Source of the DNA: a virus
IMG/VR virus record: IMGVR_UViG_3300032323_003202
Span: 7,077 to 71,076 of that record
Direction: 5' to 3' (one strand)
Length of the DNA stretch: 64,000 nt
In this document: positions 1 to 10,197 of the stretch, piece by piece
Numbering within the stretch: the stretch's first letter is position 1
Layout: every line of letters starts with the position of its first letter
Program-made: the position numbers and the translations under genes
The notes under the pieces: generated by a model
What the model was told of the DNA's origin: nothing
The model's input: only the letters and a program-made list of their open reading frames with translations
Databases searched by the model: none

Positions 1-1
1 T

Positions 2-433
2 GATTTTAAGACAAAGAAACCACAAATTGATACTTTGTATAAGACAATTAAAGATCCTGTTCAAATTGAAGCTGGTTTAGTTAAAATACTTGGTACTGAT
101 GTTAAAAATAGAAATCCATTTTTAGTAGATTATGCTACTATTTCTAAAATGAATAAAGATATAGATAACATGCAACAAGAGAATGTTATGGATAAAGTTA
201 GAATTGATGATTTTCAACAAGATTTAAAAATGACAACAGATCCAAATACAAAACAATCATTGACTACTAAAGTAGCCGATATTACTAAGAGAATGAATGA
301 TAGAGTCACTAATATAACTAAGATTCAAAATGATTTTAATCTTGCTGATAAGGCATATAAAGATAAAATGTTAAAAATAGAGAAAGATATAAAGGATAAT
401 ATCACAAAAATATCTAATGTTAATCAAAAATAG
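2..433 (+). CDS. 5'-truncated coiled-coil hypothetical protein
   Basis: Frame is open from the window edge to TAG at 431-433; heptad-like K/D/N-rich sequence. Confidence 0.6.
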   Translation, partial: DFKTKKPQIDTLYKTIKDPVQIEAGLVKILGTDVKNRNPFLVDYATISKMNKDIDNMQQENVMDKVRIDDFQQDLKMTTDPNTKQSLTTKVADITKRMNDRVTNITKIQNDFNLADKAYKDKMLKIEKDIKDNITKISNVNQK

Positions 434-492
434 AAAAAATATGATTTTTTTCTTTTAATATATACATTAAAATAAAAATTAAAATATACAAT

Positions 493-3400
493 ATGGCAAT
501 TCAAATTGGAAAATACAAAAGACCTGGTATCTTCATTGAAGAAATTGACAGATCAATTTTTAGTGCAGCTGCAGCAGCAGAATCAATAACTAACCTTGTT
601 ATTGGTGTATCTAAAAAAGGACCAGTTAACACACCAATTAGATTAACTACTGTTACAGACTTGGAAGCAGTTTTTGGTCAATTAGATAGAAATTTAGAAA
701 GAAAAGGATCTTTCTTTCACAGAACTATATCAAAAATGTTAGAAACTACACCAGTTTTTGCAATGAACTTACTGGTTACTGACGATACATTAGATAAGAT
801 TGAATACAAATCTTTATCTTCATCTGCAGTTTATAAAAATGATATTAAGAGAGAAGGACCTTATAGAAGATTCTTTGATACTACAGGATTCTGGAGTAGA
901 GATACTGAGTCATTCATTAACTTAACAAAAGGTGATGTAGGATATGCAGATAGAGCATTAGGTTTAACTAACTTATCTGATAGACATATTTCTGTATTTG
1001 TTGTTAAGACATCTGTTACTGGTTTTGATAGAACTTTACTTGAATGGTATGGTTCTGTTGAGAAGATGCCTGCTTATGTTAGTCAATTAGACTATGCATC
1101 TGATTATATGGTTGATGTTATTGTTGTTGGTGGTGATTGGTCTAACTACCGTGAACTAGCGGTTGATTCAAGATGGGCAGCATATTTTAATACAAATGGT
1201 TTAATAAAAGGACAATTAAGAAACTTTGCAAATGATAGAAATATCACTTTGTTAGCTTACTATGAAGGATTGTCACTTATTCCATATTTTAGAGATTTGA
1301 ATGGTAGAAATATATTTATAGAAACATCAATTAATAGAGATACTGATAAAACAGGTTTATTCTGTCAATTCAATGCAGAATTAGTTGAACAAGATTATTA
1401 TACTGGTTTAGTTGACCTTATTGGTAATACATTAGCTGATACTAATGCTACTGAAATAGATTTCTTATCATATAAAGAAAAAATCACTGAAAGTGTTGAA
1501 TTAACACAAGTTCCACTTGATTTACCAGGAAATGTTACATCATTATTTGGTAATATATTTGGATTAGATGGTGATTTATATGATTCTACAATTGTTTCAC
1601 CAAGTTTTGGTGGTTATGCTATATTTACAAGTGGAACTCCAGGTACACAGACTTTATCAATAAATAGTGGTTCTTATAGTTCTGGTGCAACTGCTGAAAT
1701 AGAACTTGATTATAGTGGTAGAATTAACAATGGTGTTACATTTAGTGCAACATCTAATACTACTGATGGTATTTATGGTACTCATACAGGAGTTGGATTT
1801 ACAACTGGTGATGCATTAGCAACTATATTTATTGATACTACAAACAAATTGAAATTACAAACTATTGCTACATCTTCATTAAGTACTCAAATAGTAAGTT
1901 CTTCCGCATCAACAACATTTAGTTATGCATTAGGAACAGCAACTGCAAGTTTTGCTTTTGGTGTTACTGGTTTAATCAATACAATTACTGTTACAAGTGA
2001 AGGTAGTAATATTGCACCTGGTGCAACATTTGCAATTCCTGCTAATACATTTGGTGCTACTTCAAGTGCATCAATATTAACAATAGGAACAAGTTCTGTT
2101 CAGGCAGAAGTTAAAAGAATTACTATAACAAATGGTGGTTCATTAGGTGATTATACTGCAGGTACATTAACATTAGATACTGCTTCTCCTATTAATGGTA
2201 CAGTTAATGTAACATTAACAACTGCAAAACAAGAAAGATATGCATCAATTGTTGATATAGTTGATGCTGGTTCTAACTATCAAATAGGTGAGACTATTAC
2301 AATAAATACAATAGGTGCATTTGGAACTAATACTAATACAATATTTACACTTAGAAGTGCTAACTTAGTATCTGTATCAGACTACTCATACTATGGTCAA
2401 CCTAATCATGCATTTGATCCTAATAATGGTATACCTTTAACATCTGGTGTGATTCAGAATGGTAATTTTAGAACTGGTTATTTTGGTGAAGGTTCTGTAT
2501 TTGATATTACTAGAAATGGTGGTACTACAACAGGTTCTTCTACATATGATATAACATATGATATTGGTACCAATGCATTTGCAATTATGAATGATGTAAA
2601 AGTTAATGTTACTAGTACTTTAGGATATAAATCATTTAGTATTTCTGTTACTGCTTATCCTGTTACTGCAATTCCAGCTACATATAGATCAGTATTTTAT
2701 TTAGATACAACAGGAAATATTAATATCAAAAATAGTTTAGTTAAAGACATTAATCCAACTGTTAGTCAAGATGATATAGTACTTGGTTATGTTAAATTAA
2801 CCGTTGTTTCAGGTAGTTTCACAAATTGTGTATTTACTGATATATCTGTTGATGCAAATGGTTATAAAGATTTTGTATTTGGTGAAGAAATTATAGATAC
2901 AAATACTCCTGACAATAGAACTGCACCTGACTTTTATATTGAGTCATTGACTCCAGCAGATGGATTTGATTCATCTATTAAAGTTACATTTATTGGAACT
3001 AATACTGTAAGTTCATTAAGAAACTATGCGCAATTAAGAAAGTATAAAATGTTTAACTGGTTAATTGATAAAATTGATAGTACTAATAAAAATAAACTTA
3101 CATTATTAGTAGATCAAAATCCAACATCAATGACTAAACATAGTTTAGTTGATGCTACTATTACAGACATTGAATTTTCTCCAATAAGAAACAAATCATT
3201 TGTTTTAAACTTGATGACATCATCAACAACAGATTTAGAAAATGGTTGGTTAACTTTATACACAGAAGACAATGAATTTATATTAGGTTCTAATGCTGTT
3301 GTAACAAAAGATGCCCCTGCTGATTCTGGTATAGGTTTAACAGGTTCAGTTGGTAAATATTCTGACTTCTATTTAGAATTCTATAATGGTAAAATTAATA

Positions 3401-5289
3401 CAGAAGATTTCTTCTATGATAATAGATTATATGTTGATACTAATGGGGATTCAACAGATTTAGATCCTGCAAATGATACAATTTCATTTACTTTTATAGG
3501 TGGTGAAACTGCAACAAATGATGTTTATTCAGAGTATTCTGGTTATAACTATATTATATTAAGTGAGAATATTTCTCTAACTTCACAAGAACATATTATA
3601 GTTCCTTCTTCTGAATTAAACACAGGAGTATTTACAATAGTTAATAATTCTGTTAATCCAACAGGACAAACTCCTGCACAATTAGCAATAGCATTAAATT
3701 CAAATTATAATGGTTGGTTTGCTTATGAAGTTGCTGAGAATGTTACTTATGAGTCATTAACTGATGTGAATATTATATTTGCAGTTGATAATAAAAACTA
3801 TCTTAGTATGTATATTGATACTGATGGTAATTTACAAGCAGCATTTGTAGATGAGACATTAACTGCATCATCAACAGTTGATGTTATGGCAAATAATACA
3901 TTCTATGTTCAGTCTGGATTATCAAACTTGAAACAAACTATTGAAATTGAAACTCCTACTGGATATGTTCAAGTTCCTAATAAAGTATTAGTTAATGGTG
4001 CAAGATATACTGAATTAAAAGTTGGTGATTTCTTAGAAGCAGATACTGATGGTATTGTTTTACCACTTGGTCAACAATATGCTAGAAAACTTACAAGAGT
4101 TTTAAGTAAAAGACAATATGCTTTAGATACTTCATTAACTGAAATCACTTGTGATGCTAAAATATTAAAGACAGAATTAGTTCAAGGTACTGGAGACTTT
4201 CAAACAACAAGATATGTAACTATTGACCAATATGCAACCACTTATAAAACTATTTCATTAAAAGGATTTAGAATTAGAGAAGCTTCATTACCTGATGGTA
4301 CAGAAGCAAGACAAAATACTATTTTGAATTCTGTTGCTAAAGGAACTCCATTGTTCAAAGCTTTAACAAATAAAGAAGCATTTGACTTTAGATATTTAGT
4401 TGATGCATTTGGATTAGGATTAACAGAAAGATCTAAACAACAATTAGTTGATATTTGTGGTGAGAGATTAGATGCATTTGGTTTCATTAATATGCCATCA
4501 ATCAGATCATTCAAAAACTCATCTTCACCAAGTTTTGTTAACTCAGAAGGTGTATTACAAGCAGAGTTTATTGCAAAAGGAGGAGATCCAGAAAGCAATC
4601 CAGCATTCTTGTATTCATTTGGTGAAGGAACTGGTGTTTCTGCAGTAGGTTACTTTACTCCATATGTAGTGGTAAATGATAATGGTAGACCATTAAACTT
4701 CCCACCTGCATCTTATGTAGCAACTACATATGTTAGAAAACACATTTCTAATGTTAGCTCAGTTACTCCTTGGACTATTGCAGCTGGTGTTACAAATGGT
4801 AGAGTTACAAACATTGCAGGATTAGAGATTGATTGGGATCCAACAGATATTGAGTTCTTAAATCCAGCTCAAATTAATCCAATTGTGTTGAAAAAGAATA
4901 GAGGTTTTGTTATTGAAACAGAAAATACTGCTTTAGTATTATACAGATCTGCACTTTCTTATATTCACACTAGAGAGGTATTAATTGAACTTGAAAGAGA
5001 ATTATCAAGTATGTTACTTGACTACCAATGGAAATTCAATACTCCAGATGTTAGAGCTGAAATTAAACTAAGAGCAGATGTTATCTGTGAGACTTATGTA
5101 AGTAGAAATGGATTATTCAATTACTTTAACAAAATGGATGATGAGAATAATACAGCAGAAATCATTGACAACCAAATTGGTGTTCTTGATACTTATGTAG
5201 AACCAATCAAAGGTATGGGAATCATTGTAAATAACATTACAATATTAAGAACTGGTGCTATTGCAGCAGGAGGATTCTTAAATGCATAA
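493..5289 (+). CDS. Contractile tail sheath protein (T4 gp18-like) with very large central insertion
   Basis: N-terminal RPGIFIEEID..GVSKKGPVNTP..FG; C-terminal sheath motifs PWTIAAGVTNG, INPIV, SALSYIHTREVL, FNTPDVR, DDENNTAEIID, VEPIKG. Confidence 0.93.
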   Translation: MAIQIGKYKRPGIFIEEIDRSIFSAAAAAESITNLVIGVSKKGPVNTPIRLTTVTDLEAVFGQLDRNLERKGSFFHRTISKMLETTPVFAMNLLVTDDTLDKIEYKSLSSSAVYKNDIKREGPYRRFFDTTGFWSRDTESFINLTKGDVGYADRALGLTNLSDRHISVFVVKTSVTGFDRTLLEWYGSVEKMPAYVSQLDYASDYMVDVIVVGGDWSNYRELAVDSRWAAYFNTNGLIKGQLRNFANDRNITLLAYYEGLSLIPYFRDLNGRNIFIETSINRDTDKTGLFCQFNAELVEQDYYTGLVDLIGNTLADTNATEIDFLSYKEKITESVELTQVPLDLPGNVTSLFGNIFGLDGDLYDSTIVSPSFGGYAIFTSGTPGTQTLSINSGSYSSGATAEIELDYSGRINNGVTFSATSNTTDGIYGTHTGVGFTTGDALATIFIDTTNKLKLQTIATSSLSTQIVSSSASTTFSYALGTATASFAFGVTGLINTITVTSEGSNIAPGATFAIPANTFGATSSASILTIGTSSVQAEVKRITITNGGSLGDYTAGTLTLDTASPINGTVNVTLTTAKQERYASIVDIVDAGSNYQIGETITINTIGAFGTNTNTIFTLRSANLVSVSDYSYYGQPNHAFDPNNGIPLTSGVIQNGNFRTGYFGEGSVFDITRNGGTTTGSSTYDITYDIGTNAFAIMNDVKVNVTSTLGYKSFSISVTAYPVTAIPATYRSVFYLDTTGNINIKNSLVKDINPTVSQDDIVLGYVKLTVVSGSFTNCVFTDISVDANGYKDFVFGEEIIDTNTPDNRTAPDFYIESLTPADGFDSSIKVTFIGTNTVSSLRNYAQLRKYKMFNWLIDKIDSTNKNKLTLLVDQNPTSMTKHSLVDATITDIEFSPIRNKSFVLNLMTSSTTDLENGWLTLYTEDNEFILGSNAVVTKDAPADSGIGLTGSVGKYSDFYLEFYNGKINTEDFFYDNRLYVDTNGDSTDLDPANDTISFTFIGGETATNDVYSEYSGYNYIILSENISLTSQEHIIVPSSELNTGVFTIVNNSVNPTGQTPAQLAIALNSNYNGWFAYEVAENVTYESLTDVNIIFAVDNKNYLSMYIDTDGNLQAAFVDETLTASSTVDVMANNTFYVQSGLSNLKQTIEIETPTGYVQVPNKVLVNGARYTELKVGDFLEADTDGIVLPLGQQYARKLTRVLSKRQYALDTSLTEITCDAKILKTELVQGTGDFQTTRYVTIDQYATTYKTISLKGFRIREASLPDGTEARQNTILNSVAKGTPLFKALTNKEAFDFRYLVDAFGLGLTERSKQQLVDICGERLDAFGFINMPSIRSFKNSSSPSFVNSEGVLQAEFIAKGGDPESNPAFLYSFGEGTGVSAVGYFTPYVVVNDNGRPLNFPPASYVATTYVRKHISNVSSVTPWTIAAGVTNGRVTNIAGLEIDWDPTDIEFLNPAQINPIVLKKNRGFVIETENTALVLYRSALSYIHTREVLIELERELSSMLLDYQWKFNTPDVRAEIKLRADVICETYVSRNGLFNYFNKMDDENNTAEIIDNQIGVLDTYVEPIKGMGIIVNNITILRTGAIAAGGFLNA

Positions 5290-5305
5290 TTCATAATAAA
5301 TTAAA

Positions 5306-5339
5306 TAAAAAACCCTTAGAGAAATCTAAGGGTTTTTTT
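5306..5339 (+). terminator. Intrinsic terminator
   Basis: A-tract, ACCCTTAGA-gaaa-TCTAAGGGT hairpin and T-tract after the sheath gene. Confidence 0.85.
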
Positions 5340-5429
5340 GTAAACATAATTTAGATTATTTTATATAATAAACATAGAGAAAGAATACATATCAATATAT
5401 AATATGTAGAAAAAAATAATAAAATAAAT

Positions 5430-6374
5430 ATGTCAAATAAAAAAGATGAGATGTCAGAAGAAGATTACTTAAAAAGACACTTAGGAGATATGGAAGCTGG
5501 TAAAAATACACCTTTTTCATCAGATATTCCTTTTAATAAAGAACCTCAAGTTGAGGTAGCAAGAGTTGATGATTTACAATATTTCAATTGTGATATTAGA
5601 GAATTACCTTGTGGTCAATTCTATCCAACAGGAACTTTATTTATGGTAAGACCTGCTAAAGTAAAAGAAATTCAAGCATACTCAATGGTTGATGATAACA
5701 ATTTCTATGATATTGTAGAGAAAATGAATGACATGTTACAAGCATGTGTTAGAATTAAATATCCAGATGGTAAAATTGGTTCATTTTTAGAAGTAAAGGA
5801 TCAAGACAGATTATTCTTAATTTTCTTAATTAGAGAATTAACATTCCAACAAGGTAATACATTGAATGTTCCTGCAGTAAATTCTAAAGGTGAAGAAGTT
5901 CAAATTGAATTAACTAGAAAAAACTTTGTTTTTCACAAAATTGATGATAATTTAGGTAAGTATTTCAGCACTGCACGTAATTGTTATTATTTTGAAACTA
6001 AGTCAGGTGGTCAATTTGAATTAACACCACCAAATATTGGTTTACAAAAGTCATTTACTGATTATATTATCAAAGAAAATAACAATAAAGTTACACCAAA
6101 CTTATCATTTTTGAAAATTATACCATTTATGTTAGGTAATAGAACAAGTATTACTTATGATGGAATTAAAGCTAAACTTGTAGAGTTTCAAAATATGAGT
6201 GATACTGACTTTCAGTTTTTAAATGCTGCAGTTGGTAAATTAACATTTGGTATCAAAGAATTAAAAAAGGTTTTTGATGACGGTGAGGAGGTCGTGGCAG
6301 AAATGCAGTTTCCCAACGGAACATCAAGTATTTTCGTTATTCATGATGCCTTTGAAGCATATATTAAAGAATAA
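5430..6374 (+). CDS. Baseplate hub / tail assembly protein (T4 gp26-like)
   Basis: LPCGQFYP..VRPAKVKE..DRLFLIFLIRELT pattern; adjacent to sheath and tube genes. Confidence 0.6.
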   Translation: MSNKKDEMSEEDYLKRHLGDMEAGKNTPFSSDIPFNKEPQVEVARVDDLQYFNCDIRELPCGQFYPTGTLFMVRPAKVKEIQAYSMVDDNNFYDIVEKMNDMLQACVRIKYPDGKIGSFLEVKDQDRLFLIFLIRELTFQQGNTLNVPAVNSKGEEVQIELTRKNFVFHKIDDNLGKYFSTARNCYYFETKSGGQFELTPPNIGLQKSFTDYIIKENNNKVTPNLSFLKIIPFMLGNRTSITYDGIKAKLVEFQNMSDTDFQFLNAAVGKLTFGIKELKKVFDDGEEVVAEMQFPNGTSSIFVIHDAFEAYIKE

Positions 6375-6597
6375 GTTACTACTTCAAAAACACTTTCATA
6401 CACAGGAAATTTCTATGGATGAGTGGCCTTATTGGATGTTAGAAGAAAATATTAACATTGTAAATGAAATCATTGAGGAAGAAGATAATCAACGTAAAAA
6501 AGATGAGGAATCTCAATCAGCATCAATGCCTGATACAGGTTCAATGATGAAAAGTGCACAGAATATGACAAGTAATATGCAAATGCCAAAGTTCTAA
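6343..6597 (+). CDS. Baseplate hub assembly chaperone (T4 gp51-like)
   Basis: Small ORF (ATG 6343) overlapping the gp26-like gene end; LQKHFH..MDEWPYW pattern. Confidence 0.5.
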   Translation: MMPLKHILKNKLLLQKHFHTQEISMDEWPYWMLEENINIVNEIIEEEDNQRKKDEESQSASMPDTGSMMKSAQNMTSNMQMPKF

Positions 6598-6600
6598 AAT

Positions 6601-6631
6601 AAAAAAAATCCATCAAATGATGGATTTTTTT
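6601..6631. terminator. Bidirectional terminator
   Basis: A8-TCCATC-aaat-GATGGA-T7 between convergent genes. Confidence 0.85.
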
Positions 6632-6644
6632 ATTTTAAATTAAA

Positions 6645-7058
6645 CTATTCTTTTAATCTTTGACAAGGTAATTTACTATAACCAGAACCCCAGTAAAAGG
6701 CACTACCTTTTGATAATTCTAAATATTCTATTAATATATTTCTATCAAGTTCAATATCCTCTCCCCAAGAATCTTTTATCTTTTGTGGTATTGACTTCTG
6801 TGTTTTATTTTTATGTTCTTTTCTCATATATTGAGAAACTTCATTAAGAATTATTTTTGAATCTTCAGTCATATCAGATATTTTCTTACCTGACTTCAAC
6901 TCACTTATCAATTTATCTACTTTTTCATTAAAAAGATAACATAAACCAATATAAAGGTGATTTTTTATTTCCTTATCAATGGTTTTGCCACTCTTTAGAC
7001 TTTCTAAATCCTTTATTTTTACAATTCTACTTTCATTAAATACCTTTATGTGTTTCAT
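6645..7058 (-). CDS. Hypothetical protein with N-terminal leader MKHIKVFNES
   Basis: ORF track; shared leader motif. Confidence 0.65.
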   Translation of the reverse strand: MKHIKVFNESRIVKIKDLESLKSGKTIDKEIKNHLYIGLCYLFNEKVDKLISELKSGKKISDMTEDSKIILNEVSQYMRKEHKNKTQKSIPQKIKDSWGEDIELDRNILIEYLELSKGSAFYWGSGYSKLPCQRLKE

Positions 7059-7087
7059 AACTTTATTAAAAATTGATTATTAAATTA

Positions 7088-7708
7088 TTAATAACCTGAA
7101 ACCAATGGAGGACTGATTGTAAAGTTATTATCAATGTATTCATCAATGAAGTAATCATAAACAAAATCACAAATAACTTCACCAACAATATCATTTTGTG
7201 ACCAATCTAATTCATATCCTGCAACTTTTTTAATCTGACAGTTTTGGAATGTAACTCTTCTTAATACAACACCTTTTTTATCATGTTGATTAACAATAAT
7301 AGTACCAATTAAATCACTTTTATAGTGAAGTGCGCCATTTTGAGAATTGAATAGTAAATCATACCATGCTTTCATAGTATTCCAGTTTTCAATAGAACCT
7401 TGTTGATTAACATTAATCTGAATAGGAATACTAATCTCACCATCAGTTTTAGATGGTGTAGTTTGAAATACTCTTGTTGAATATTTGAACCTTTGTTGTT
7501 TCTGAGTAACATCAAACTCAGTTAATGCAAGATTAATTTTAGTTGCATTTTGTAACAATAAGATTGGATCTCTACCTTGTGCTTGTAAAAGTACAGGTAA
7601 GATGAATGTAATCTCAAATAAATTTTTGTACAATACTTCATCTGGTAGTGTTCCAGGTCCCCCTGGTGAGCCTACACCTTGTATCTGTGTATAATGTGGT
7701 AATGGCAT
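7088..7708 (-). CDS. Tail tube protein (T4 gp19-like)
   Basis: NLFEITF..MKAWYDLLFN..G..YK..GTIIVNQHDKKG..RRVTFQNC..LDWS pattern. Confidence 0.85.
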   Translation of the reverse strand: MPLPHYTQIQGVGSPGGPGTLPDEVLYKNLFEITFILPVLLQAQGRDPILLLQNATKINLALTEFDVTQKQQRFKYSTRVFQTTPSKTDGEISIPIQINVNQQGSIENWNTMKAWYDLLFNSQNGALHYKSDLIGTIIVNQHDKKGVVLRRVTFQNCQIKKVAGYELDWSQNDIVGEVICDFVYDYFIDEYIDNNFTISPPLVSGY

Positions 7709-7862
7709 GTGTTTTTTATTATTTTTTAGTTAACTTCTAAAGTTATTAAATTATATATTAAATATTTTAATTTCTCTTACTACTATATATTAGTATAAAA
7801 AAATGCTTTTTTTCTAACTTATTACTTAAAATACCATATAAATAAAAAATAATTATGTAGTA

Positions 7863-8984
7863 ATGAAAGTTTATATGATAACTGATACCCATTTTGGTAT
7901 TTACTTAAATAATTTAGATAAATGGCAGAATATGATGGAATCAACTTTCTATAATTTTGTAATTCCTTATTTAAAAGAAAATGTTAAACCAGGTGATGTG
8001 TTAATACACCTTGGAGATTTATTTGATAATAGAAATAGTATTCCTATTATTACAATGAACAAAGTAGAAAAGATACTTACTGAATTGTCAAAAATATTAC
8101 CTGTTCATATTATGGTTGGTAACCATGACCTTTTCAATAAAGGAACAAATGAAGTTAATTCTGTAAGATTGTATGGTTATATTGATAATATAACAGTACA
8201 TCAAAAAACAACCACTTTAGAATTAGGTGGTAAAAAAATTGTTCTAATGCCTTGGGTTGAAAAAAGATTGGATATGATAAATGAAATTGCAATCAATCCA
8301 GGTGATTACTTAATGTGTCACTCAGACTTAAATGGTTGTAAAATGCACCTAAACTCAGTTGCACATAGAAATGCTGATAAGATTAATGTAGAAGACTTTG
8401 GTAAGTATTCAAGAGTATTCTCAGGCCATATTCATATTCGACAAATTCAAAAAAACTTTACATTCATAGGTTCATTGTATCAAATGGATAGAAATGATTA
8501 TAATGATCAAAAAGGAATAACTGTATTAGATTTAGAAGAAGATGAAGTAGATTTTATTCCAAATACTTATTCACCTGTTTTCAGAAAACATAAAGTTATT
8601 AGTGAGAAAGATGTTGAAGAATTAGACTTATTAAAGAACTCTAATGATTATATTGATATTTCAATATCAAATAACTTGTTAATATCAAACAGAAAGTTAA
8701 GAAGAAAATTAGAAATGATATTAGAGAATGGTTCTTTTGCATCAGTTGATTATATTGATGATATTGTTCTAACACCAGAGGAAGAAGAAAAGAAAAAAGA
8801 AGAGGAAGAAGAATTTGATGAAGCTAATTTAGACATCTCTATACAACTTGATTATGGAGATTACATAAAAGAGTATATTTTGAAACAAAAGTATGATAAT
8901 GAAAAATTCAAAAGTGGTGTAATGACTGAGTTTGATGAAGTTATTAGAATTTATAATGAGAACTTTAGTTCTAAAAAAGATTAA
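7863..8984 (+). CDS. Mre11/SbcD-like recombination nuclease (T4 gp47-like)
   Basis: Metallophosphoesterase motifs DTHFG, GDLFD, GNHD, SGHIH. Confidence 0.9.
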   Translation: MKVYMITDTHFGIYLNNLDKWQNMMESTFYNFVIPYLKENVKPGDVLIHLGDLFDNRNSIPIITMNKVEKILTELSKILPVHIMVGNHDLFNKGTNEVNSVRLYGYIDNITVHQKTTTLELGGKKIVLMPWVEKRLDMINEIAINPGDYLMCHSDLNGCKMHLNSVAHRNADKINVEDFGKYSRVFSGHIHIRQIQKNFTFIGSLYQMDRNDYNDQKGITVLDLEEDEVDFIPNTYSPVFRKHKVISEKDVEELDLLKNSNDYIDISISNNLLISNRKLRRKLEMILENGSFASVDYIDDIVLTPEEEEKKKEEEEEFDEANLDISIQLDYGDYIKEYILKQKYDNEKFKSGVMTEFDEVIRIYNENFSSKKD

Positions 8985-8986
8985 TT

Positions 8987-9193
8987 ATGGAAACAACTGC
9001 ATGTATAGTATTTAATAGGGTAAAATCAGGAACACCTTATGATAGAAAGTTAAAATTGTATTCTGAGAAGTATTTAACTAAAGTAGTTAAAAAACTTGAA
9101 GAAGAAGAGGAATATGAAAAATGTTCTATTCTATCTGGATATATTAAAGAAAGATTCAATCATGAATTAAATTATAAAAACCCTATTATATAA
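8987..9193 (+). CDS. Small protein with UVR-like helix
   Basis: LEEEEEYEKCSIL resembles a UvrB/C (UVR) motif. Confidence 0.45.
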   Translation: METTACIVFNRVKSGTPYDRKLKLYSEKYLTKVVKKLEEEEEYEKCSILSGYIKERFNHELNYKNPII

Positions 9194-9203
9194 TAGGGTT
9201 TTT
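9176..9203. terminator. Bidirectional terminator
   Basis: AAAAACCCTATTA-ta-TAATAGGGTTTTT. Confidence 0.8.
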
Positions 9204-9208
9204 ATTTT

Positions 9209-9352
9209 TTAAAATTTTATGAATAGTACTTGTACCAGTATACCAAGTTGAAGAGCTATGGTAGTTTTATCATCTGGTTTTTTCCAAGTAATTTCAAACT
9301 TCATCTCATTTTCATTTAGTATGAATGATTCATATACTTTTAAATACTTCAT
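9209..9352 (-). CDS. 47-aa peptide with leader MKYLKVYESF (not in ORF track)
   Basis: Read manually: MKYLKVYESFILNENEMKFEITWKKPDDKTTIALQLGILVQVLFIKF*; ATGA overlap with the upstream cupin stop. Confidence 0.6.
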   Translation of the reverse strand: MKYLKVYESFILNENEMKFEITWKKPDDKTTIALQLGILVQVLFIKF

Positions 9353-9609
9353 AACTTTTGTAATTTTATTTTCAAGTCTCCAGTTCCTTTTATAACTCTG
9401 TGATAAACACCCATTGGTATAAAAACTTCACCTTGAATAACTTTTGGTAATTCATCATCTAATTGTATTTTCCAATCTGTTTCACCAATAGATTCAATTA
9501 TTCTATCTTCTCTATCACGATGCCACATAAACTCACCAGAGTCAGTATCTTGTTTAAACTCTCTGATAAATACATTATCTGACATTACTTCTTCTTTAAA
9601 TGGTAACAT
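9349..9609 (-). CDS. Small cupin-fold protein
   Basis: WHRDRE and IPMGVYHRV metal-binding cupin motifs. Confidence 0.65.
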   Translation of the reverse strand: MLPFKEEVMSDNVFIREFKQDTDSGEFMWHRDREDRIIESIGETDWKIQLDDELPKVIQGEVFIPMGVYHRVIKGTGDLKIKLQKL

Positions 9610-10193
9610 TATAAAATCTTATTAAATTTTTCAATCGAGGATTCATCAAATATTGCCACATTTTTAGAACCTCTTTCTGCAACCATAAATCCATCATATC
9701 CTTTTGACTTTATTTGGTTGATAATTGGGTCACATTCTATTATTTGCCAAGAACCATTCTTTATTAGCCAAAGATAGTTATAAACAGTTTGTGAAACATC
9801 TTCTAAATCAAATTCCTTTTCTGTATCATAATCAAATCCTTTAAATCCTTTACCTCTATTTGCTATAAATTTTTTACCATTTGTAGGATCTTCATATTTA
9901 TCATCTATCATTTTTTGTAATATTGATTTAAGTTCTAACTCTTTCATTGTCTTTACTTGCATCGGATCACATATTTTTAGATTTGACTTTATTTTTATTT
10001 CCCAAACGGCTCCTTCTGGAAACTGTTCTCTTTCATCAAATCCTGCAAAGTTTTTTGCAAAGTCTAAATTACTTGTTAAAAATATAGCACCTGCAAATCT
10101 TTTTCTCTTTGGTGGAAAATCTCCTTTTCTATTACCATGATATAGTTTTTCCTCTATAGATTCAAATATTTTATATTCTTTTAAGTATTTCAT
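9609..10193 (-). CDS. Putative ADP-ribosyltransferase-fold protein with leader MKYLKEYKIFES
   Basis: LYHG..AIFLTSNLDFAKNFA..GYDGFMV..VAIFD resembles the phage ART-like/PolyVal pattern. Confidence 0.55.
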   Translation of the reverse strand: MKYLKEYKIFESIEEKLYHGNRKGDFPPKRKRFAGAIFLTSNLDFAKNFAGFDEREQFPEGAVWEIKIKSNLKICDPMQVKTMKELELKSILQKMIDDKYEDPTNGKKFIANRGKGFKGFDYDTEKEFDLEDVSQTVYNYLWLIKNGSWQIIECDPIINQIKSKGYDGFMVAERGSKNVAIFDESSIEKFNKIL

Positions 10194-10197
10194 ATTT

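Noticed and set aside
6263-6280. A_AAA_AAG slippery site as a G/GT-type tail chaperone frameshift
   Set aside because: The -1 frame hits TGA within three codons; the downstream ORF is in the +1 frame and has its own ATG at 6343.
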